The position numbers and the translations under genes are program-made. Below are positions 30,108-40,775 of a DNA stretch of 64,000 nt, piece after piece. Source of the stretch: an uncultured delta proteobacterium (GTDB lineage Bacteria; Desulfobacterota; RBG-13-43-22); contig CAWBOS010000010.1 in the NCBI GenBank assembly GCA_963790475.1, positions 1-64,000 of the forward strand, read 5' to 3'. The stretch's first letter is position 1, and the number at the start of each line of letters is the position of its first letter. A model generated the notes under the pieces. That model did no database searches. It was not told where the DNA came from and saw only the letters and a list, made by a program, of their open reading frames with translations.

Positions 30108-33100
30108 ATGAATCAAATTGCTTCCCCCAAATTCGGCTCCGTCTTGATCGTAGGGGCCGGGATAGCCGGTATGATGTCCGCCCTCGATCTGGCCAACGCC
30201 GGATTTAAAGTATACCTGGCGGATCAAAGCGAAAATATCGGCGGGGTCATGGCCCAATTGGACAAGACCTTTCCGACCAATGATTGTTCCACCTGCATGA
30301 TCTCCCCCAAGTTGATCGAGGTTGCCGGCCATCCCAATATTGAAATCCTGACCCGTAGCCGGTTGACGGGGCTCCGGGGGGAACCCGGGAATTTTCTGGC
30401 CGATCTTCATCGGGAGCCTCGCTTCGTCAAAGAAGAGGTCTGCACGGGTTGCGGTGAATGCATCACCGTCTGTCCCGTAGAAGTCCCGGCTGATTTCAAT
30501 CTGGGATTAAATAGCCGTAGGGCGATTTACCGTCACTTCCCTCAAGCCGTCCCTTCCTCCTTCGCGATCGACCGGCGCGGGACTTCTCCCTGCAAGGCCG
30601 CCTGTCCGGTCCACATCAGCGTTCAGGGATATGTGGCCTTGATCGCCCAAGGAAAATTTGAAGAGGCCCTGGCCCTCATCCGGAAGGAAAATCCCCTGCC
30701 TTTTGTCTGCGGCTATGTGTGCACCCATCCCTGCGAAGACCAATGTCTACGGGGAGAAGCGGATGAACCCCTGGCTATACGCGACCTGAAACGGTTTGCC
30801 GCCGACTATGAACGGCACTACGGGGCGGCAAAACCCTTCCAGCCGGAAGAAAAGAAAAATAAAAAGGTGGCCGTGATCGGTTCCGGTCCGGCCGGGCTGA
30901 CTTGCGCCCATTATCTGGCCTTAAAAGGGTATTCGGTGGAGATTTTTGAGGCTTTGCCGAAGGCCGGCGGTATGCTCACTGTGGGTATCCCCAACTACCG
31001 CCTTCCCCAGGAAGTGGTGGAAAGAGAGATACGGGCCATTGAAGATTCGGGAGTGACCATCCATTTGAATACCCCCATCGATTCGGATCACAAGCTGGAA
31101 AAGATGAAAGAAGAGGGTTTTGAGGCCGTCTTTATCGGTATCGGGGCTCACCAAAGCCTCCGGCTGAATATTGAGGGGGAGGACCTGGCCGGGGTTGTTC
31201 CGGGAGTGGAGTTTTTAAAAAGAACAGCCCTGGGGAATCAAAAATCTTTGGGTGAAAAAGTGGCCGTGATCGGCGGCGGCAATGTGGCCCTGGATGCGGT
31301 CCGAACGGCCCTTCGGCTGGGTTCGAAAGAGGGGATGGTCCTTTATCGCCGGACCCGGGAGGAGATGCCGGCCTATCAAGAGGAAATTGAAGAGGCCTTG
31401 GAAGAAGGGGTGCAAATCCATTTTCTTACGGCACCGGTTCGTATCCTTGGCGATGCCTCGGGCCGAGTCAGGGCGGTGGAGTGTCTGCGGATGGAACCGG
31501 GTGAACTCGATGACTCTGGACGCCGCAGTCCCATTCCGGTTTCAGGATCGGAATTTCAAGTCGAAGTGGACGGAGTGATAACCGCTATCGGCCAGCAGCC
31601 GCAATTGAAATCTTTTCCTATTCCCTCAAACATCCGGATCAGACCCTCCGGCACAGTGGCCGTTGACCCCTTAAGCTTTCAGACCGATTTGCCCTGGGTC
31701 TTTGCCGGTGGCGATGCCGTTTCCGGACCGAAAACGATCATCGAGGCCATAGCCGCCGGAAAAGAGGCCGCCCTCTCGATTGACCGCTATTTAAGCGGAG
31801 AAGATCCGGCTGCGGGCCGGGCCAAGGTTTTTGATGTCGCCCGGCCTGAAGTGGCCGGGGTAAACAAAACCCGGCGTTTCATTCCCGAACGGACAGACCC
31901 GGCAGTTCGTCGCACGCATTTTGGAGAAGTGGTCCGGGTCATGACCAAAGAAGAAGCCAGGACCGAAGCGGCCCGGTGCCTGGCCTGTGGAATCTGTTCC
32001 GAGTGCTACCAATGCCTGGAGGTCTGCAAGCCCGGAGCGATTGATCATACCCAGAAGGGAGAAGAGATCTCTTTGGAAGTCGGGGCCGTTATTCTGTCTC
32101 CCGGATTTGAGGTCTTTGATGCCCGTCTTAAAGGGGAGTATGGTTACGGCCGCTATCCCAATGTCCTGACCAACCTGGAATTCGAGCGTATCCTTTCCGC
32201 CTCCGGGCCTTATCTGGGGCATGTTCAGCGGCCTTCGGATGCTAAGGAACCTCAAAGAATAGCCTGGATCCAGTGTGTCGGTTCCCGGGATAGGTTGGTC
32301 AATCAGGATTATTGCTCATCGGTCTGCTGTATGTCGGCCACCAAACAGGCCGTCATAGCCAAGGATCACCTGCCGGGTGTGGAACCGGCCATTTTTTTTA
32401 TCGATATGCGGGCCCAGGGCAAAGGCTTTGAGCGCTATTATGAACGGGCTAAAAACGAGCACGGGATCCGTTATGTGCGCAGTCTGATTTCCAGGGTGGC
32501 GGAAAATCCCCTGACCCACAACCTGGTCATTTCCTATATCGATGAAAACGATCATTTTCAAAACGAGGAATTCGACCTGGTCATCCTCTCCGTGGGAATG
32601 AAGCCCCATTCGGATTCTAAGGCGCTTGTTGAAACTTCGAATATTCAAACCGATCGTTTCGGTTTCTGCCAACCCCCGCCTTTGAATATCGTCGGGACTT
32701 CCCGACCGGGAATTTTTGTCTGTGGGGTCTTTCAGGGTCCCAAAGATATCCCCGAAACCGCCATTCAGGCCAGCGGGGCAGCCGGGGCGGCGGCGGCAAT
32801 TCTCTCAGATGCGCGGGGCACTCAGGTCAGGGAATTCGTTTTTCCGGAGGAACGATTGGTTCAAGGGGAAGAGCCCAGAATAGGGGTCCTGATCTGCCAT
32901 TGCGGGATTAATATCGCCGGTATCGTGGATGTGGATCAAGTCACGGAGTATGCCAAGACCCTGCCCGAAGTGGTCTATGCCGATCATTTTCTTTTTTCCT
33001 GTTCGACCGACAGTCAGGAACAACTGCAAACCGTTATTCGTGAGCATCGATTGAACCGGGTCATTGTGGCCTCCTGTTCCCCCCGGACGCATGAGGGTTT

Positions 33101-34529
33101 GTTTCAGAATACGCTTCGCCGGGCCGGGTTGAATAAATACCTTTTTGAAATGGCCAACATTCGCGATCAGTGCTCCTGGGTCCATCAAAATGAACCGGTT
33201 GCCGCAACAGAAAAGGCCAAAGACCTGGTGCGTATGGCCGTGGCCAGGTCCCGTCTATTAGAACCGCTGGCCGAATTTTCTTCCGAGATCGTAACCAAGG
33301 CCCTGGTTATCGGGGGTGGGGCGGCCGGGATGACTGCCGCCCTCAATTTGGGCGATCAGGGTTTTGAAACTTTTCTGGTCGAGCAAACGAATTGTTTGGG
33401 TGGGCAGGCCCTGCGCCTGTATCAAACCTTGGAAGAGCAGGGTGTGCAGGATTATATCAGCAACCTGATCCAACAAGTCACCCATCATCCGCGTATCCGA
33501 ACCTTTCTTCAAAGTCAAGTTACGGAAATAAAAGGCTCGCTGGGTAATTTTATCACCAGCATTGTTCATGAGGGGGGGAAGGTCCTGGTGAATCACGGGG
33601 TAGTCATTGTGGCCAGCGGCGGATCGGAACACCGCCCGGATGAATATTTGTTCGGATCGAATCCTTATGTGAAAACCCAACTCGATTTCCAGGAAATCCT
33701 GTTTCAGCAACCTGAAAAAATCAGGGAAGCCAAACAGGTGGTCATGATCCAATGTGTCGGGTCCCGGGAGGAAGCCCACCCTTATTGCAGCCGGGTCTGT
33801 TGTTCGACCGCAGTGGCCAATGCCTTGAAGATCAAGGAAATCAGCCCCAAGACTGAAGTCGCCATCCTGTACCGGGATATACGGACATACGGTTTGAAAG
33901 AACTTTATTACAAACAGGCCCGGGAAGCAGGGGTCCGTTTTATTCGTTTTGAACCCCCGGTCAAACCCGAAGTCATGGAAGATCAGGGGAATTTAATAGT
34001 AAAGGTTCTGGATCAGAATTTGAAAAAGCACCTTCGGCTGAAGGCTGATTTTCTGGTCCTTTCAGCGGCCATCCGCCCGGCCCCGGAAGCCAAGGCCCTG
34101 GCCAGCAGCCTGAAACTCCCCCTGGATGCCGACGGCTTTTTTCTGGAAGCCCATATAAAACTAAGACCCCTCGATTTTGCCAATGCCGGTATGTTTCTCT
34201 GCGGTTTGGGACATGGTCCTAAATCCCTGGAAGAATCCATCGCCCAGGCCAAAGGGGCCGCGGCCAGGGCGGCAACGATCCTGGCCAAAAAAGAAATTCA
34301 GGTCGGGGGCAATGTGGCCGTAGTGAATGAAGAGTTGTGCGTGGCTTGTCTGACCTGTATGCGGGTCTGCCCCTTCGGAGTCCCTGCGGTGAACGAACGT
34401 CATTTTGTCGGGATGGATCCGGCGGCCTGTCAAGGATGCGGAAACTGTGCCAGTGCCTGTCCCCAGGGGGCCATTCAGGTGGGGCATGCCCGGGGGAATC
34501 AGTATATGGCTCTTTTAGAAGCGTGTTAA
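30108..34529 (+). CDS. hdrA: HdrL-like heterodisulfide reductase A with inserted GltD-like NAD(P)H oxidoreductase and second HdrA module
   Basis: DKTFPTNDC, two QCVGSR..CS.VCC motifs, GltD-like CxxxCP/GSGPAG/GGGNVALD block and ferredoxin motifs. Confidence 0.88.
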   Translation: MNQIASPKFGSVLIVGAGIAGMMSALDLANAGFKVYLADQSENIGGVMAQLDKTFPTNDCSTCMISPKLIEVAGHPNIEILTRSRLTGLRGEPGNFLADLHREPRFVKEEVCTGCGECITVCPVEVPADFNLGLNSRRAIYRHFPQAVPSSFAIDRRGTSPCKAACPVHISVQGYVALIAQGKFEEALALIRKENPLPFVCGYVCTHPCEDQCLRGEADEPLAIRDLKRFAADYERHYGAAKPFQPEEKKNKKVAVIGSGPAGLTCAHYLALKGYSVEIFEALPKAGGMLTVGIPNYRLPQEVVEREIRAIEDSGVTIHLNTPIDSDHKLEKMKEEGFEAVFIGIGAHQSLRLNIEGEDLAGVVPGVEFLKRTALGNQKSLGEKVAVIGGGNVALDAVRTALRLGSKEGMVLYRRTREEMPAYQEEIEEALEEGVQIHFLTAPVRILGDASGRVRAVECLRMEPGELDDSGRRSPIPVSGSEFQVEVDGVITAIGQQPQLKSFPIPSNIRIRPSGTVAVDPLSFQTDLPWVFAGGDAVSGPKTIIEAIAAGKEAALSIDRYLSGEDPAAGRAKVFDVARPEVAGVNKTRRFIPERTDPAVRRTHFGEVVRVMTKEEARTEAARCLACGICSECYQCLEVCKPGAIDHTQKGEEISLEVGAVILSPGFEVFDARLKGEYGYGRYPNVLTNLEFERILSASGPYLGHVQRPSDAKEPQRIAWIQCVGSRDRLVNQDYCSSVCCMSATKQAVIAKDHLPGVEPAIFFIDMRAQGKGFERYYERAKNEHGIRYVRSLISRVAENPLTHNLVISYIDENDHFQNEEFDLVILSVGMKPHSDSKALVETSNIQTDRFGFCQPPPLNIVGTSRPGIFVCGVFQGPKDIPETAIQASGAAGAAAAILSDARGTQVREFVFPEERLVQGEEPRIGVLICHCGINIAGIVDVDQVTEYAKTLPEVVYADHFLFSCSTDSQEQLQTVIREHRLNRVIVASCSPRTHEGLFQNTLRRAGLNKYLFEMANIRDQCSWVHQNEPVAATEKAKDLVRMAVARSRLLEPLAEFSSEIVTKALVIGGGAAGMTAALNLGDQGFETFLVEQTNCLGGQALRLYQTLEEQGVQDYISNLIQQVTHHPRIRTFLQSQVTEIKGSLGNFITSIVHEGGKVLVNHGVVIVASGGSEHRPDEYLFGSNPYVKTQLDFQEILFQQPEKIREAKQVVMIQCVGSREEAHPYCSRVCCSTAVANALKIKEISPKTEVAILYRDIRTYGLKELYYKQAREAGVRFIRFEPPVKPEVMEDQGNLIVKVLDQNLKKHLRLKADFLVLSAAIRPAPEAKALASSLKLPLDADGFFLEAHIKLRPLDFANAGMFLCGLGHGPKSLEESIAQAKGAAARAATILAKKEIQVGGNVAVVNEELCVACLTCMRVCPFGVPAVNERHFVGMDPAACQGCGNCASACPQGAIQVGHARGNQYMALLEAC

Positions 34530-34551
34530 AAAAAGTTATTAATCGATATTT

Positions 34552-34965
34552 ATGCCCGAATCTTTCGAACCGAAAATAATCGCCCTGGTCTGTACCTACT
34601 GTACCTATACGGCAGCGGATATGGCCGGTTCCATGAGAATGCAATATCCGTCCAATGTCCGGATTGTTAAATATCTTTGTACCGGGAACATCGATATCCA
34701 ACATATCTTGAAGGGGTTTGAAAAGGGGGCTGATGCCATCCTGGTGGGCGGCTGAGAAATCGGAGACTGTCATTTCCTGGAAGGAAATCTAAGGGCCAAA
34801 GAAAGGGTTGAATATACTAAAGAGTTGTTGAAGGAAATCGGCTTGGAGCCTGACCGGCTGGAGATGTTTCATATCGGCGCCTCCGACGCCCCGGCCTGGG
34901 CCAGGGCAGTGACCGAGATGACTGAGCGGGGCAAGAAGCTGGGGCCGAACCCGTTAAAAAAATGA
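34552..34965 (+). CDS. mvhD: MvhD/FlpD [2Fe-2S] subunit with in-frame UGA (selenocysteine)
   Basis: CTYC..AAD..CTG..GADAILVGG-U-EIGDCHFLEGN..LEPDRLEMF; frame open past TGA 34753 to TGA 34963. Confidence 0.9.
34772..34788 (+). promoter_or_regulatory. putative bacterial SECIS hairpin
   Basis: ATTTCCT-GGA-AGGAAAT, G-led loop starting 24 nt after the in-frame TGA. Confidence 0.7.
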
Positions 34966-34980
34966 ATCAAATTTTTTTTG

Positions 34981-35146
34981 GACAGGATTTACCGGATCAC
35001 TTGAATTTATTTGCCTTTCCAGAAGAAAGGCAAATAGAAGATTTCCAAAATATAAACGCCTAAGTCTCCGCTGAAAACGGATTGAGGTTGCCCAGGGTGT
35101 CTTCCGGAACCTGGGCAATAAAGATGTAAATCCTGTTAATCCTGTC
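34981..35146. repeat. MITE-like nested palindrome, family C
   Basis: ends GACAGGATTTACCGGAT / ATCCTGTTAATCCTGTC; internal hairpins ATTTGCCTTTC..GAAAGGCAAAT and TTGCCCAGG..CCTGGGCAA. Confidence 0.7.
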
Positions 35147-35176
35147 AGATAGGAATATTTTAATTAAGGAAATTTT

Positions 35177-35860
35177 ATGATCGTTGCCAGTCGGAAGCCT
35201 TTTGAAGAGATCAAAAAGAGCCTTGCCGCTTATCAGAATATTTTGGTAGTGGGCTGTGGAACCTGTGTAGCCGTCTGCTTAGCCGGCGGGAAAAAAGAAG
35301 TGGGCCTCCTGGTCAGTCAGTTGAAGATGAGCTTCGGCTTGGAAAAGAAACAGGTACAGATCTCCGAAGAAACCCTGGAACGGCAATGTGACCGGGAGTT
35401 CCTGGAAACGATTCGAGAACCGTTGAAAGATGTCGATTGCCTTTTATCATTGGCCTGCGGGGCCGGGGTTCAGTTTTTGGCTGAGACTTATCCTGAAAAG
35501 AAAGTTTTCCCAGGTGTGAATACTTCCTTTATCGGCGTGGCCGAAGCCGCAGGATTATGGACCGAACGCTGCCGAGCCTGCGGGGATTGCGTGCTGGCCC
35601 TGACCGGCGGAATATGCCCAAGAACCCGGTGTACCAAAGGGCTTAATAATGGTCCCTGTGGAGGAATGGCGGGTGGAAAATGTGAGGTGGACCCGGAACG
35701 GCCCTGTGCCTGGGTCGCCATCTATGAACGGTTGGCCACTGAAGGAAGGCTCGACCAGATTGAAAGCATGCTTCCCCTAGCGGACTATCGCCGCCGGACA
35801 AAACCAGGGAAGGTCACTCATATGGCTTATTTGAGGAGGTACCATGCCGGGTCCAAGTAA
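35177..35860 (+). CDS. metV: methylenetetrahydrofolate reductase small subunit MetV (MTHFR_C)
   Basis: GCGTCVAVC, RQCD, LACGAGVQ, CRACGDCVL..ICP..CTKGLNNGPCGG..CEV..CAW. Confidence 0.88.
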   Translation: MIVASRKPFEEIKKSLAAYQNILVVGCGTCVAVCLAGGKKEVGLLVSQLKMSFGLEKKQVQISEETLERQCDREFLETIREPLKDVDCLLSLACGAGVQFLAETYPEKKVFPGVNTSFIGVAEAAGLWTERCRACGDCVLALTGGICPRTRCTKGLNNGPCGGMAGGKCEVDPERPCAWVAIYERLATEGRLDQIESMLPLADYRRRTKPGKVTHMAYLRRYHAGSK

Positions 35861-36722
35861 GTTGGCAAAGAATTTAGAGTCCGGTTCCTTTATCGTAACC
35901 TGTGAACTGGACCCCCCGAAGGGGACGGGCTGGTCGGTGGTTGATTCAAAAATTGCCGCCGTGAAAAATAAAATCCAGGCGGCAGTGGTTTCCGATAATC
36001 CCAAAGCCCGGCTTCTCATGGCCCCGATTGGGTTTTGTCGTTATCTGATCGAACAAGACCTCGAACCGGTTATGACTGTGACTTGCAGGGACCGAAACCG
36101 TCTGGCCTTACAATCCGACCTATTGGCGGCGGCTGGTCTAGGCATACAAAATATTCTGGCTGTAACCGGGGATTATATAACCTGGGGGGATCATCCGGAG
36201 AGCAAACCGGTTTATGATCTGGATTCCGTTCAACTGATCTGGGCCATATCCCAGATTAACCTGGGACGGGATATTTCCGGAGGAGTCATTGAAGGTCCGG
36301 CCGCTTTATTCACGGTCGGTGGGGCGGTAACGCTTACGGCCGATCTTATTTTTCCACAGATTCTAAAGTGCAGAAAAAAGCAGGAAGCCGGTGCCCATTT
36401 TTTGGTCAGCCATCCTATTTTTGATCTGGCCGGGGTTGAGGAATTTTTCAAGCAGGCCTCCGAAGTAAAAATCCCTTTGCTGGCCTCGGTCTGCTTGTTG
36501 AAGGAAGAACAGGTCCGGGAATATTTGCCGGGTAAATATCCCGGTTTATCAGTCCCTGAATCGGTGGTGGAAAGATTTAAATCTCTTAATTCAACCGAAT
36601 TCCGGTCCGGGATGATTGAGTACACAGCCAATTTGATTGAAACCATAAGGAAAGACAGGCGTTTTCGAGGGGTCCATTTGATGCTGCAAGGAGCTGAAGA
36701 ACAGATTGGGGAGTTAATTTAG
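35844..36722 (+). CDS. metF: methylenetetrahydrofolate reductase MetF
   Basis: ELDPPKG, TCRDRNRLALQSDL, LAVTGD, VYDLDS and GVHLM. Confidence 0.88.
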   Translation: MPGPSKLAKNLESGSFIVTCELDPPKGTGWSVVDSKIAAVKNKIQAAVVSDNPKARLLMAPIGFCRYLIEQDLEPVMTVTCRDRNRLALQSDLLAAAGLGIQNILAVTGDYITWGDHPESKPVYDLDSVQLIWAISQINLGRDISGGVIEGPAALFTVGGAVTLTADLIFPQILKCRKKQEAGAHFLVSHPIFDLAGVEEFFKQASEVKIPLLASVCLLKEEQVREYLPGKYPGLSVPESVVERFKSLNSTEFRSGMIEYTANLIETIRKDRRFRGVHLMLQGAEEQIGELI

Positions 36723-36726
36723 ATTG

Positions 36727-36846
36727 GGGAGTTTTTAGTTCGGAGTATTTAGTTCGGAGGAAGAAGTTTTGAATTATAATGGAAATAATTTAACTCCGAA
36801 CTCAGAACTCAGAACTCAGAACTCCGAACTATTCACTCCCTAACTC
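36727..36846. repeat. period-7 repeat with inverted arm (AGTTCGG / AACTCAG)
   Basis: agttcggag x2 ... aactccg aactcag aactcag aactcag aactccg. Confidence 0.75.
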
Positions 36847-36880
36847 ATGATTCAAAACCAAAATGATTAACTATTAATAT

Positions 36881-37930
36881 ATGAACCCGACCAACTCAAA
36901 AGTCCTCATACTCGGCGGCGGCATAGCCGGTATAACAACGTGCCCTGGCCCTGAGCCGCTTGAATATATCGGTGACCCTGATAGAAAAATCTGCCGTGTT
37001 GGGCGGTATGGTCCGGAATTTTTGCTGTAAGGCCGGCGAGGCCTGCCAGCAATGCGGCGTTTGCCTGTTAAATGATTCTTTGCAGGCCTTGAATAACGAT
37101 TCGAATATTGAAGTCCTTTTACAAACCGAAGTGATTGACCTGACCTTGAAGCCGACGAAATTTCTCTATACCTATAGCCGCCCTGGAGGGGGTGGCGAGG
37201 GGAGGGCCAAGGCCCTTCTTCTGGCAACCGGTTTTACCCCCTTCAGGGCTGAAGACAAACCCCAGTATCGGTATGGAATACTTCCGAATGTAGTGACCGG
37301 TTTGGATCTGGAAAGACAATTTCAGGAACACCGGTATGGTTTTCAGGCCTTCCGATCATGCCCTTCCCGCCTCTGTGGCCTTTATCCAATGTGTCGGCAG
37401 CAGGGATCTTCACTTGAATCACCCCTTTTGTTCTCAAGTCTGTTGTGCCTATGCCCTGCGGATGGCCAATCTCATCAAACACAAAAATCCACAAACCGAA
37501 GTAACAATTTTTTATATGGATATCCAGACCTTCGGCAAAGATTTTTCCCTTTTTATGGAACGTAGCAAAAAACAAATCCGTTTTATCCGGGCCATTCCCG
37601 GTGAAATTCAAAAGGCGGAAAATGATCAGGTTCTGTTGACCTTCCAGGACGAGTGACGGGTCTCCCAGCCGGAAGCAGGCCTTTGATCTGGCCGTACTTT
37701 CCGTCGGTATAATGCCCGGAGCGGATCATGAGTTTTTCAAAGAAAAACTGGGATTGCATTTAAATGCCGACGGTTTTTTGGAAAGAGGAAATGAAGCCCT
37801 TTCTTCTGATAATGGTATTTTCCTGGCCGGAACCGTCCGGGGTCCAAAAGGCATTGCCCAGAGTATTACCGAAGCCTACCGGACGGCGGAAGAAATTGCG
37901 GCTTATTTAAAAACAAGGCCCAGAGGATGA
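36881..37930 (+). CDS. hdrA: HdrA-like flavoprotein (three +1 frameshifts, probably sequence errors)
   Basis: VLILGGGIAG / IEK..LGG..CCKAGEACQQCGVC / FIQCVGSR..FCSQVCC..IFYMDIQ / FDLAVLSVG..GTVRGPKGI in successive frames. Confidence 0.8.
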
Positions 37931-39591
37931 TCCCTCAAGAAGAATTCAGGAAAATACCCAGGGTGCTTATTTGGGGCAAGGGCCTTACGGCCGGGGAAAC
38001 GGCTTCCCGTCTTAAATCGTTAGGCTATGAAGTCATAACGGTGAATCCGGATAACCAAATCCAGGTGCTTGACATTAAAGGGTTTTGCCGGAGACTTCCA
38101 GGTGTCCCTTAGGCAAACCATCTCTCCCTTTGGACAAAGAGGAGAAGAAGGAGAATTTGGAAAGAAGGTGGACTGAGAATGTCGGGGCGATTGTATTTGC
38201 GCCGGAGCTGGTTTCCGAGGGAAATTATTCCTCCTATCGGTTAACCCCTTCTTCACAGATTATTACTTTAGAAGAACTGACTGCGATTCTATTTCCGGTT
38301 TCTCAAAATACTCTGATTTCCCCTCCCTCTTTAACCAGGGAGAATGAGAGTGGGGGTGAAAAGGGAAAAGGAGAAATTGAGCGTCTTAAGTCTGATTCTT
38401 ATGTCGCCTTTCTGGTAGGGCTAAGTAGTGAAGGCAATGTCCCGGACATGGAAAAGGCCTTGTCGGCGGCCCTATTGATTCGAGAGAAATATCAATTTCA
38501 AGTCTCCATGTTTTGCCGCCAGGTCAAGGTGGCCGGAGAAGGGATGGAACGACTCTATCAAGCCTGCCGGGATGAGGGGGTTTTGTTTTTCAAGTTTGAT
38601 CAAGAAGGTCCGGCATTGTTAAGAACGGGGGATGAGGTTGTGCTTCAATTTGAGGACCCCGTTTTGAAGCTGCCCTTTGAATTGACCCCTGATCTTCTGG
38701 TAGTTGATTCCCGGCATTCGCTGCCTTCGGAGGTCCGGGAAACTGCTTTGTCGTCCGGAATAGGGATGGATAAAAGCTGTTTTCTTCAGCCGGCCAATGT
38801 TCATCTTCTACCCCAGGCCTCTCAGCGGGAAGGTATATTTATCGCCGGTCCGGGTAAAGGCCCGATGCTTCCCCAAGCAGGTATGGAGGAGGCCGGGGCC
38901 GCGGCCCTTTCGGTCCATCATTTTTTCCAAGGCCGGACTTCCGAACCGATGAACCAGGAGATTACCGTGGATAAAGGGCTTTGCACCCTTTGTCTGACCT
39001 GTCTGCGGTATTGTCCCCACCAGGCTATCGGCTGGACCCACCGGATTTTTATTCACCCCCTGGCCTGCCGGCGCTGCGGTATCTGTGCCAGTGAATGCCC
39101 AATGGACGCCATCCAGATTGACGGTTATTCGGATGAGGAGGTCGAGGACCAAACTTGAGATCATTCGGGAAAGATGGGATCAGAGCGGAATCCAGTCAAC
39201 CCAGGATAGTCATCTTTGGATGCCAACGTTCGGCCGGGGTGGCCTGGGAGGAAGTTCAAGGTTCAAGGTTCAAGGCTCACAAGTTCAAAGTTCAAAGTGA
39301 TGTAGAATTTATTTCATTGCCCTGTGCCGGAAAGCTGGATCCGGATCATTTGTTGAGAGCCTTGACCATGGGCGCTGAGGGGGTAATGGTTTTGGCCTGT
39401 CCTGAAGAAAACTGCCGCTCCGTACATGGAAACTACCTATGCCCGGGAGCGTATCCGGGAGGCCCGAAATTATATTGAAGAGGCCGGAGTTCAATCCGGA
39501 AAGAATCCGTTTTGAACATCTTTCGAGCAATATGGAATGGTATTTAATCGAAGTAATTGATAATTTCTTAAAGCAATTAGCTGTCACTTAG
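37927..39591 (+). CDS. HdrA-like/ferredoxin/MvhD fusion (about six +1 frameshifts)
   Basis: VGAIV, PDLLVVD, GIFIAG, CTLCLTCLRYCP, CRRCGICASECP, then IFGCQRS..LPCAG..GAEGVMVLAC..CRSVHGN..PERIRF. Confidence 0.75.
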
Positions 39592-39671
39592 AAGTGCTTC
39601 GGGCAATTGGCATTATTGTAAGGGCCGGTTTCGCAATCTGCCGAACATAGGGCATCTAGAGACCTTCGAAT

Positions 39672-40141
39672 ATGGATCCGCATCGATCTCAAAAAATTAG
39701 ATCCCGATTTCAAACATCGGGTGGCCCGGGAATTAGGCGGGGAACAGATAAAAAAATGTTTTTCCTGCGGGGTCTGTTCGGCCCGTTGTCCGATTGAAAA
39801 AATCGAACCGGAATATAATCCGCAGAAGGATTATCCGTATGATCCTGCTGGGGATGGAGGAAGAACTGCTCAAAGAAGAATTTCTCTGGCACTGTTCAAC
39901 CTGTTATACCTGCCAGGAAAGCTGTCCCCAGCAGGTCGATTTTACGGAAGTCGTTTTTGCCTTGCGCAATATGGCCGTTCGCAAGGGACTGGCTCCTCCG
40001 GGCATGGGGGCAGCCCGAAACCTGCTTGGTCAACAAGGGCGGATGTATGAGGTGGGAGAATTTGAAAATGAAAAACGGAAGGAAATGGGATTGCCGGAGA
40101 TTAAAGGGAATAGCAAAGATATTCAAAAGATCTTAAAATAA
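39672..40141 (+). CDS. hdrC: heterodisulfide reductase subunit C (two +1 frameshifts)
   Basis: CFSCGVCSARCP and WHCSTCYTCQESCP in adjacent frames. Confidence 0.85.
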
Positions 40142-40197
40142 AGTTCAAAGAATGATAGATTTTATTATGATACCAACTACGATGATAGGCCTGAAGA

Positions 40198-40744
40198 TGT
40201 AGCACAGCCGCCCTCGGCTGTGTCCTCTATATCCTTGGCAAAACCAAGCAAAGGATTTTCCCGACGTAACTTGCCGCACCTGCAAGCTGAAGAAAGAACG
40301 TTTTTTGTCACTTTTGCAACTTATAGACGATGGCACCTTCCCGAGTCGGTGAGAGAGATCATAATAAAGCACTGTCTCCATGATCATAAAACCAAATTGC
40401 AGGTCCATGGTGTTGTTGTTATGCCGGATCATGTTCACATGGTTTTTACACCTCTGAAGGATAGAATCAGGTAATCCCTTTGGCTTGCCTGAAATTATGA
40501 ATGGCATTAAAGGGGCTTCAGCCCACAGTATTAACAAGTTACTCAAGCGACGAGGTCATGTCTGGCAGGATGAATCTTTTGATCACATTTTGCGGTCAGA
40601 AGAAAAAATGATTAGTAAGGTCGAATATATCTGCCAAAATCCGGTGCGAAAGGGTCTGGTAAAAGAAGTCAGATGATTACCCCTGGCTCTGGCGGGAATG
40701 GGTGGAAGGGAAAAATGGACACAGCCGGGGGCGGCTGTGCTACA
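40198..40744 (+). mobile_element. REP-associated tyrosine transposase (RAYT/Y1) flanked by inverted GTAG-type REPs
   Basis: RRNLPH, FFVTF, VMPDHVH (HUH), WQDESFDH, YICQNPVRKGLV and YPW; ends TGTAGCACAGCCGCCCTCGGCTGTGTCC and its reverse complement with one mismatch. Confidence 0.9.
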
Positions 40745-40775
40745 AAACGATAAATACAGGAATTTCTAAAATACT

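Noticed and set aside
36792-36830. CRISPR array
   Set aside because: 7 bp tandem units without spacers; no cas genes or 25-40 bp repeats seen in the window
37654-37656. TGA ending ORF 37336..37656 as a second selenocysteine
   Set aside because: Not at a Cys position; in-frame readthrough soon hits another stop, while HdrA similarity continues in the +1 frame
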